This document shows positions 21,670 through 30,234 of a stretch of DNA of 30,234 bases, piece after piece. Made by a program: the position numbers and the translations under genes. The DNA comes from Octopus sinensis (lineage: Eukaryota), in contig NW_021832626.1 of assembly GCF_006345805.1 (NCBI RefSeq), forward strand, positions 1 through 30,234. The letters run 5' to 3'. The notes beneath the pieces are model-generated. The model saw only the letters and a list, made by a program, of their open reading frames with translations. It was not told the origin of the DNA and searched no databases. The stretch's first letter is position 1. Each line of letters opens with the position of its first letter.

Positions 21670-21708
<39 letters not shown>
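21670..21708. repeat. (AT)n tract near the right PLE 3' end
   Basis: Directly visible. Confidence 0.95.
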
Positions 21709-21710
<2 letters not shown>

Positions 21711-22652
21711 ACAGTGGACGATATTGCGTACTCAGTCTTTTCTTAATAGGGTTTTGATAATTTCTTCTGATTTGTAGCTCTCGAAATGTGAGTGTTCCAT
21801 ATTTTTGTCAGTCATATTTTACTTCATATCTTAACATACACTTTATTTATTGCAACATTTTCATGTTTTTTCTCCTCTTCTTTGATACTATTTTCTTTGT
21901 TTCCAATTTCCTCGCTACTTTTGTCTCACTCATACATTTTTATACCTACTATATTACGACTTTTAACAAAGAAGTTTTCCATGAAATCAACTTTTCAGTT
22001 GCCGAGTAGAGGATTATGAGTTTAAAGACACGGAAATGCATGGCGAAACAATAATAATCTGAGTATTTAATGTGCATTGTTTTGTGTGTACATTGTGAAG
22101 ATAACATGGCTTACAAGACTGTAATCCACTTGGAGTTAAATATCACGTAAATGATCATTATTTCCATCATTCTTGTGACTTAATGGAATACATACATATT
22201 ATATATAACTATACTCCCCACAATTGTTCTGCGGCGTTATGTAATGATTGTTATGTAGATCTAATGATAGTACATCGACCTTGCGTTACTTCAGGCAACT
22301 GTTGTCATAATTATATGTGGAACGACGTTAAGCCTGAAGCAGGACATACGTTATTCGAATAATGCTGTAGTTCTTAGGTGATATTTCTTCTATTAGAAAA
22401 GAAAAAACTGCAGCCATTTTCCTTGTCAGATCTTAGGAGAAAATATGTTTTCAAGACTGGAATGGAAACACGACAAAATTGTAGATAAAATATCCCGGTG
22501 CAGCAGGTATTACTGTGACACTTAGAATCTCTTGTGCATCACATGGTTTCGGATTCAATTCCATTCTGCAGCGCATACATACATATATACATATATACAT
22601 ACATATATATATATATACATATATATATATGTAATTGTTGATGACGATCTCA

Positions 22653-22896
22653 GTTGTCCCGAAAGAGATCAAAGAGGAAAAGGATCCCATCAAATTTAAA
22701 CGGAGTCTGGATGGATTCCTTCAAGGAATACCAGATAAGCCACCCATAATTGGATACAACTCACCCAACAAAAACTCACTATTTGAATGCACCATAAAGG
22801 AAACTTGACTCAAACAGGATTCAGATAATCCTATCAGGTGGTGCTATTAAGTTAGACATGGCCTGGACCAATCTTTGGTTGAAACATATCTAAGTT
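22653..22896 (+). mobile_element. 3' end of a CR1-like (APE-type) LINE: ORF2 C-terminus plus 3' UTR
   Basis: VVPKEIKEEKDPIKFKRSLDGFLQGIPDKPPIIGYNSPNKNSL..* (stop 22806-22808). The UTR motif is shared with the neighbouring copy. Clade assignment is from motif recall. Confidence 0.75.
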
Positions 22897-22904
22897 TTAT
22901 ATAT

Positions 22905-23354
22905 AACTTAGAATAACTTAGAAAGGTTTTGGCCAGTATTGGCCCATGCCTTGTCTAACTTAATAGCACCACCTGGTGAAGTCTTCCAATTCAGGATTTG
23001 GGCACCAAGGCCCATTCGAGCAGAGAGTTATTGTTTGCGGAGACATATCCAGGTGTGGGTGGTTTGTCCGGGACTGTTTGAAGGAATTTGTTCAAAGACT
23101 TCTCGAATTTTGTGTGGTCAGTTTCTGTTTTGACGTGTCCTGGTGTAATGTTGAAGAGAGCGGGTCCAATTGAGGTGAAATAATTGTGCCGTATTGTTGT
23201 TATGAGATGCGATTTAGATTTTTGTTGTGGACGGATGGCCTGTGGTCCAAGCCTTGGATGTATTTTGAAGGTGATGCCAACATCATCCGGACAGCGCTGA
23301 TGGAATATTCTCCACATCATACAGAAAATGTAGCGTTCACGGCGTCGTTGGAGT

Positions 23355-23356
<2 letters not shown>
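22905..23356 (-). mobile_element. 3' end of a related CR1-like LINE, opposite orientation
   Basis: [58 protein letters not shown]; tail (CTAAGTTATT)n. The 5' truncation abuts (TA)n at 23357. Confidence 0.8.
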
Positions 23357-23395
<39 letters not shown>

Positions 23396-23487
23396 GATAT
23401 GTTATGAATAAAAAATATATACACATGCATATATGCATACATATATATGTACACATATATATATATATATATTTATATGTATGTATT

Positions 23488-23567
<80 letters not shown>

Positions 23568-23812
23568 ATATGGGTACGGGTCGTCACATTACGAAATACG
23601 AAGACAACATGAAATACGAAGGCAAACTTAAGTATGCGAACAACGAGAGAAACAAATGGAAAACAAAGCAAATAAGATAAAAAAAACGAACCTCCATCAC
23701 TTGTCGGCTGTTAATCTACTCCACATTTCAAGCAATTATCGACAGTATGAGGCTTCGATAAAGAGTTGCTCGTGCAAACCAAAATAAAATTTGGGATTTG
23801 CAGAGGCTCAAA

Positions 23813-23933
23813 GTTTATCAGCCGAGTCTATCGTTAATATCGTCACGCCTCATTCCTTCAAATGAGAAGGAAGAGCTATTTCATCATACTTGTGGCTATG
23901 GCGAAAGAACGTGTCTGGTGGACGCGTCTGAAG
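23813..23933 (+). mobile_element. Tx1/L1-like ORF2 C-terminal fragment (downstream piece)
   Basis: LSAESIVNIVTP followed by IILVAMAKERVWWTRLK. It overlaps and continues the piece at 26126-26257. Confidence 0.6.
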
Positions 23934-24374
23934 TCATGTAGGTTCTCCTGGGAATTTTTCCCCAAAATATACGATGCAGACGTTAAAGAACTACGGATTG
24001 TTCAAGGCTTTAGTAGAAAAATCATGTTCAAGGCTTTAGCAGAAAAATTAACAAAACATTTGGATTTTTAAATGTTACCAGGCAAATTTCTGAACAGCAG
24101 AAATACCTTGGTACATATGAAATACTAGTAAGAAATTGAAAGCTGTTGCTGGTTCAGAAGTCTTTAACTAGCAGTCATGTAATCAGAGTACAACAGGTAG
24201 AACTGAATGAAAAGCTTATGAAGGAGAATTATATTCACAGAGTACATAATAAACGAAGTACACAGACACGATCATATATAAAATACTTCGTCATAGAGGA
24301 CCAAATTCAATAGATGGACTTTGACTCTGCTTTGAATACAGGCTCTGTTTACATATCATTTATATATTTTTAAA

Positions 24375-24766
24375 GTGGAGGCACAATGGCCCAGTGGTTC
24401 GGGTAGCGGACTCGCGGTCATAGGATCGCGGTTTCGATTCCCAGACCGGGCGTTGTGAGTGTTTATTGAGCGAAAACACCTAAAGCTCCACGAGGCTCCG
24501 GCAGGGGATGGTGGTGATCCCTGCTGTACTCTTTCACCACAACTTTCTCACACTCTTACTTCCTGTTTCTGTTGTACCTGTATTTCAAAGGGCCGGCCTT
24601 GTCACTCTCTGTGTCACGCTGAATATCCCCGAGAACTACGTTAAGGGTGCACGTGTCTGCGGAGTGCTCAACCACTTAGACGTTAATTTCACGAGCAGGC
24701 TGTTCCGTTGATTCGGATCAACCGGAACCATCGTCGTCGTAACCGACGGAGTGCTTCCATCGATCC
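24375..24766 (+). mobile_element. tRNA-derived SINE family B, full length, 13-bp TSD
   Basis: A/B boxes TGGCCCAGTGG and GTTTCGATTCCC. TSD ATATATTTTTAAA at 24362-24374 and 24767-24779. Confidence 0.93.
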
Positions 24767-24871
24767 ATATATTTTTAAAATGTAACCATGGCTTACATAG
24801 AAACATATTGGTGATTGTGAAATATCTAAGGAGTACAATCCACATTTTGTACTTTCTTCCTCCCTAATTGT

Positions 24872-24922
24872 ACAAAGACAGTGAGACGCTAATTGTAACC
24901 ATTAGCGTCTCACCGTCTTTGT
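24872..24922. other. 22-bp hairpin with 7-nt loop
   Basis: ACAAAGACAGTGAGACGCTAAT-TGTAACC-ATTAGCGTCTCACCGTCTTTGT; 21/22 pairs (A.C on plus, G.U on minus). Confidence 0.85.
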
Positions 24923-25108
24923 TTCTCAGGATGATGAAGACAGACACCATTACGTCACATCGAAGACTACACTTGCTAGTCACCGACAGCACCAGTATTG
25001 TGCAATTCCTTGTAAAACTACCATGTATCTACATCTCTGAAAATAACGATTATTGGAGCTATATTTCGATGTAAACAGAAGCCCTTCGCTAACACAATAT
25101 ATCTGATA

Positions 25109-25508
25109 TCTTTATATATAAAAGTGAAGTTGTGTGAGTGTCTGTCTCCTACGATTTAGATTCCTAACTACTCCCACATTTTGCGGTGCAGTTTAACCAA
25201 AAGCGGGTATCTTATAGTCGTGATTCATATAGAGCCCTTCCGGGTATTAGCGCGCGTCTACGATGAGTCTACGATTTAAAAAAAAAATCACCATAATTTT
25301 TTCCCATTTTTAATGCATTTTTTTGCTATTATATAAGGTAAGTAACTCTCTAAAAATGTATTATTAAATCTCAGAACGTATAAAAGCTACAGTAACACGC
25401 CCCTTTGTGGTTAGCCATATTGAGATGGCTATTATACTTTACATCTCTAAAAATGCTTATATTGTTATTTCCCTTACAAACCCGAGCAACGCCGGGCGAT
25501 ACTGCTAG
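25109..25508 (+). mobile_element. Non-autonomous Helitron
   Basis: A|TCTTTATATATAAAA..CCCGAGCAACGCCGGG (hairpin 25481-25496)..CTAG|T: canonical TC/CTAG ends, A-T target, no TSD. Confidence 0.88.
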
Positions 25509-25930
25509 TTCTCTATAAAACAGAGAACAAAGTCGTTTCTTTTGCAGTGTCGGTTGCGCAGCGCATTTTAATTATCTCGAAAGTTAAGGAAAAGGATATC
25601 TTTTGTAGTGAGCAGCGTAAATTATTAATTCTTATGTCTTGTCTACAGACTTTAATCATTACAAGATAAAGAGAGATTTGCACAAAACTTTATAAATGCA
25701 GAGATATCTTGACAGAGAGAAGCCAAATTAATCGCCTTTGGGATTAGCAACAGTATTATTGATACGGGAAATTATTCAAGAATTACTTCTTTCACAATTT
25801 TGGAAGAAACGTATACAAAAAGTCTCCTGTTTACAAGTAGCATACACGCATGAGTGTCGTAAAAATTGAATACTACTCACACGCAGGTAGAAGACACCAA
25901 TACGCCCATTATATATATATATATATATAT

Positions 25931-26125
25931 AAAGTTAATCCAAACAAGAAAACACAAAAAAACACAACAACGCGAGGACGTGGAACAAATATAGTATTAT
26001 TGGACATTCAGGAAAGAAGGAAAGAAGGAGGGTTTAACGTTTCGAGCGGAATTCTTCGTCGGAAACATAGGAGAAGGAAAGATCCAGAGAAGGGAAGACA
26101 GAGGGAAAGAAATCACCAACGGTAC
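25931..26125 (-). mobile_element. Putative 3'-terminal (pLTR-like) fragment of a second PLE family
   Basis: Contains a minimal-hammerhead-like motif and its inferred 3' end abuts (TA)n at 25911-25930. No coding sequence is present. Confidence 0.5.
26032..26066 (-). ncRNA. Minimal type-I hammerhead-like motif (U4C variant)
   Basis: Sense sequence GUUU-CCGACGA-A-GAAU(UCC)GCUC-GAAA-CG-UU-AAAC: 4-bp stem I, palindromic AACGUU, imperfect stem II. Confidence 0.55.
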
Positions 26126-26257
26126 GAGGCGTGACGATATTAACGATAGATTCGGCTGATAAACCGACAGCAGTCGTTCGACATAAGCCCACAGGTCGGA
26201 AATGGTTGGACACTGCACGAATGCGTGCAGAACGGTTTCGTCGCTCACCCCGCACAA
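26126..26257 (-). mobile_element. Tx1/L1-like ORF2 zinc-knuckle fragment (upstream piece)
   Basis: CGVSDETVLHAFVQCPTISDLWAYVERLLS matches the C..ET..H.F..C...W motif of L1/Tx1 ORF2 C-termini. Confidence 0.72.
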
Positions 26258-27539
26258 TTGAATTTAAACGATATATAGGTGATAAATACAACAATTTGAG
26301 AGTAACACTTCCATTTTATATGGTTGAGACAATTCAAAATAAGGAGATAATAAATTATAGTTGTTACTAATCTAGAGGTCATACGCGTATAATCTGACAT
26401 AATATACTAATAAGGGTCACTAGAACTGCTACTGGTGCGAATGACTAAGGAAAATAGTCTAATAAAGGGGCATATAAGCCCTCGACAGAGAAAAGAAGAC
26501 TTTCCTATCCGCATGGGACTCAAACCCACATCCCTTTGTTAACGCGACGAAGTGAGTTACCTCTACACATGCGAATTAGCCTCCCCGTTTCTGTCAAATT
26601 TTAAAAACTATAACAGTTCGTACTTGTTTTTATGTAAACATATTTCTATATAGTTTCGGTGCGAATGGTTTTTTATACAGTGCCATGTTTTACAGTCCTG
26701 TAAAGGATAATAATAATGTTCTTAATAATAATGTTTTTAATAATAATACTGTTTTTAGCTCCAGAATGAGAAAGTATTTACATTCTATTTTATGCTAGTG
26801 ATTGGATTTAATTTTCCAATTTGTTGGCATAGTTTGAATGTTGAAAAGTAATTAACGAGACATCTAGCTGTTGTTTCTTGCAAACTGAAACGTTGTTTTT
26901 ATTTGCCAAAATGTTATTGGAGACAGCGACTGAGAAAACATGTTTTCCCTCTTTCAAATCTCATCTCTTTTATCTCTTCATGAAAAGATCGAAGAAAAGG
27001 ATTTCACTATTTGTGAATGAGGTGAAGATAGATAACAGCTTATTTATATAACCCATATTGCCGTTAAACGTATGAAAATCGGAAAAATATCTTGATAATT
27101 ATAATAATGCAGGCTTTTATTTTTATTTTGCTCAGGAAGATAAAAATAGAGTTCGATTTTCAGAAGTGTGAAAACAATATAGGGTAGAAAGCTTAGAACA
27201 AGGTCCTTAAATAATGAAAGGCGAAACACTATTAACAGAATCACACGAAAATATTCATCGCGTGTAGAAAATAATGTAAACAAATAATATGTCGTTTGAC
27301 GCTGTGCCCTGAAAGGAATATATCACAAGTTACTAAAACATTTTCGTGACAAAAAAAAAAAAAGACAAGAAAAAAAAGAAAACACATAAAGACTGAAGAC
27401 AATATTCCATTCAAGAACAAAATCTAGACCCAGCAATTTACAGCTAAAGTGTAGAATATCCGTTTCAATTCATGCCAAAACTTTACTCACAAAGTTAATT
27501 GATGAAGACAAACACAATCTAATCACGAACACGCAGAGT

Positions 27540-28040
27540 GAATCACTTCGGGAAAGACTAGAGAGCAACTTTAATAGCTTGTCTCTAAACTATAACGGGG
27601 ATCAATAGATCGATGAATATTATTTTTACAAAGACACGTTTAAAATTTAATACCTCTATGACCGATATCCAAACTACAGTGGAGAAGTCTAACCGCTGGA
27701 TTTGCTTAAAAAGACGATGAGGATGGCTGGAAGAATATTGAGCTTTATTTGAAAACCAGTTGATATAGCAAGTGGGGCCTCATATCAGTGAGGGGGCCGG
27801 TGCGCATTGATGCCGTCGAGAGGTAGGCCCCGAAACGGCGCGCATTCTCTCCTGATGACCCCATACGCTTGCTGGTTTCTGGTAGCACTTGCATGTGTAA
27901 GTTGTTTGCAAGACATCATGCAGAATGGAATCACTTTGGGAAAGACTAGAGAGCAACTTTAATAGCTTGTCTGTAAACTATAACGGGGTTCAATAGATTA
28001 ATGAATATTACTTTTACAAAGACACGTATAAAATTTAATA
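27540..28040. repeat. 113-bp direct repeats (27540-27652, 27928-28040) around a 275-bp GC-richer insert
   Basis: 106/113 identical, no gaps, 388-bp period. Confidence 0.92.
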
Positions 28041-28835
28041 GTAAGAATCTAATTACAACAAACACCATAAGAATCAACAACAGGATGCAAATGAGGAAAA
28101 CCCACAAAAATCATTAAATCTCAGATGTTCAATAAATTGACAAAACTGATCAGCAATCTGTTATAGCAAATAATACAGGTAACATTATCATTAGAAATAC
28201 GTGAATGATATTGTCATTCATGTCCTCGGAGATTAGTCACAACGTAACGTAGTCGCCATTTTACAAAGAAAGAATGAGTACTCTGATTTATAATTTATTG
28301 ACAAAATCAATATCATCTGCAACGATTAGCGTCTTAGGGTTTATACGAATATCGATACCAATACCAGCAAAGAAAAGAAAATAACATTGTCTAATATAAC
28401 TCATTATCATTTAGCCTATAATTGAGACTAGCAGAATCCAATTTGCATCATTAAATTAGAGACGCCTAACAAGCTGAACATGAAGGGTACACACGTGAGG
28501 AGAGAAATAATGAAACACTAGATCCATAGAGATGATATACATAAAATCTATTATTGCAAATGTAACACATTGGCATCGAATCGACGGTAGATAAGCTCTG
28601 ACGTGAGAACGATAATGGATTATTGATTAATAAACGTAAGAAAAAAAATTTGGATTTTTCTTAATGATGCAGACGGCTAAATGAATTTAAAGATTAATTT
28701 GATAAGATACAAGAGACAGCAATCTACATATATTTCCCATAACATTACAGAATTGACAATTGACTAATGAGCTTTCATTGGGAAAAATGAAGTTCAAATA
28801 TTGAATAGTTCTTAACAAACATGTTTCTTATATGA

Positions 28836-29232
28836 GCGCAGGAGTGGCTGTGCGGTAAGTAGCTTGCTAACCAGCCACATGGTTCCGGGTTCAGTTCCAC
28901 TGCGTGGCATCTTGGGCAAGTGTCTTCCGACCAATGCCTTGTGAGTGGATTTGGTAGACGGAAACTGAAAGAAGCCTGTCGTATATATGTATATATATAA
29001 ATATGTATGTGTGTGTGTTTGTGTGTCTGCGTTTGTTCCCCTAGCATTGCTTGACAACCGATGCTGGTGTGTTTACGTCCCCGTCACTTAGCGGTTCGGC
29101 AAAAAAAGACCGATAGAATAAGTACTGGGCTTACAAAAAGAATAAGTCCCGGGGTCGAGTTGCTCGACTAAAGGCGGTGCTCCAGCATGGCCGCAGTCAA
29201 ATGACTGAAACAAGTAAAAGAGTAAAAGAGTA
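28836..29232 (+). mobile_element. tRNA-derived SINE family A
   Basis: GCGCAGGAGTGGCTGTGCGGTAAG..GGTTCAGTTCC head, internal TA/TG tract, GTAAAAGA tail. Confidence 0.9.
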
Positions 29233-29855
29233 TATGTTTGTATGTAACTATGAATATGTTTGTATGTTTTTTGCTTATGTTTCTCTGCCTGATTCTTTAT
29301 CTTCGTCTCTCTCTCTCTCACTCTCACACTCTTTCCTTCTCTCTCTTTACTTACGTATTTCTATGTCTGTTTGTATTTGTGCCTCACTGTATCAACAATG
29401 GAACTCAATACATTTTATCAAAGACAAACTAATTAAAAACACGCGCAGAAAACGTACAAGTATGCCTGAGGCCAAATATCTCATTTTTGAACAAGCTTTT
29501 AAATTATATCGACAGCTTACTAGTAGTACTCAAATCACTAATTACTATTTACAAATACCGCCCATAGCCTAGTAGATGTCTACATGTAAGATATTTGGTG
29601 CTGGAGGAGAAAAAATAATGTCTGCATTGTTGCGTATCTCTGTCACCTGATTTTCAATATCAAGGACATTTATAAGATGGCTTTGTTTCTCTAAAGAGCC
29701 TGTGTTATATTCTAGTTGGATTAACGTATTATACGGATTAAATATATGGTTAATAGAGTATCCATTAATTAAAGTCTTCGTATTCTTGGATCTGAATTTT
29801 TGATTTGGATTTTCGAATTCAAATATAGTACTGATGTAAGTATGTAATGAAAGGA

Positions 29856-30234
29856 TGGAAGCACTCCGTCGGTTACGACGACGAGGGTTCCGGTTGATCC
29901 GAATCAACGGAACAGCCTGCTCGTGAAATTAACGTATAAGTGGCTGAGCACCCCACAGACACGTGCACTCTTAACGTAGTTCTCGGGGATATTCAGCGTG
30001 ACACAGAGAGTGACAAGGCCGGCCCCTTGAAATACAGGTACAACAGAAACATGAAGTAAGAGTGAGAGAAAGTTGTGGTGAAAGAGTACAGCAGGGATCA
30101 CCACCATCCCCTGCCGGAGCCTCGTGGAGCTTTTAGGTGTTTTCGCTCAATAAACACTCACAACGCCCGGTCTGGGAATCGAAACCGCGATCCTATGACC
30201 GCGCCTCCGCTGCCCTAACCACTGGGCCATTGCG
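29856..30234 (-). mobile_element. tRNA-derived SINE family B, head cut by window end
   Basis: Highly similar to 10812-11198. Confidence 0.92.

Noticed and set aside
26470-26580. Possible degenerate tRNA-like SINE head on the minus strand (GGTTTGAGTCCC)
   Set aside because: Only a B-box-like match, with no body homology to other copies in the window.
27847-27953. Alternative type-I hammerhead using CUGAUGA (27852) with GAAA-GAC-UA-GAGAG (27940-53)
   Set aside because: Stem II would have only 2 bp around a ~75-nt loop, and stem III only 1 bp with no palindrome. This is too weak.
29177-29907. Convergent ORFs 29177-29572 (+) and 29569-29907 (-)
   Set aside because: Both begin inside SINEs and show no recognisable motif. 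A few ORFs of this length are expected by chance in 30 kb.
10863-30107. Recurrent ~67-aa ORF MV(A/V)IPAVLFHHNF.. and similar ORFs in SINE families A and C
   Set aside because: They lie wholly inside SINE copies and have no coding signature.
8460-30234. tRNA-like sequences with A/B boxes
   Set aside because: They are SINE heads that continue into SINE bodies and lack a full cloverleaf, so they are not called tRNA genes.

Overview
AT-rich, microsatellite-dense eukaryotic DNA. The SINE families and LINE remnants resemble my recollection of Octopus/coleoid cephalopod repeats (inference, not verified by search). There is one supportable host gene: an intronless, motif-divergent rhodopsin-class GPCR (4180-5274, minus). 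The dominant structure is a young Neptune-like Penelope-like retroelement (PLE; RT plus GIY-YIG) arranged as a ~5.4-kb head-to-head palindrome. Its ~2.35-kb arms (16257-18604 and 19286-21634) are ~99% identical, enclose a 681-bp spacer, and both end at TA repeats. Each arm's 3' UTR holds a minimal type-I hammerhead ribozyme with a compensatory U3-A8 core; it is intact in the left arm and damaged in the right. A second PLE-like terminus with its own hammerhead lies at 25931-26125. A GC-rich island at 27773-27863, between 113-bp direct repeats, contains hammerhead core motifs in a non-canonical order. The rest is Tc1, R4/Dong-like, CR1-like and Tx1/L1-like remnants, two non-autonomous Helitrons, four tRNA-derived SINE families, several fold-back structures and microsatellites. 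All alignments, folds and coordinates were worked out by eye and may be off by a few bases.
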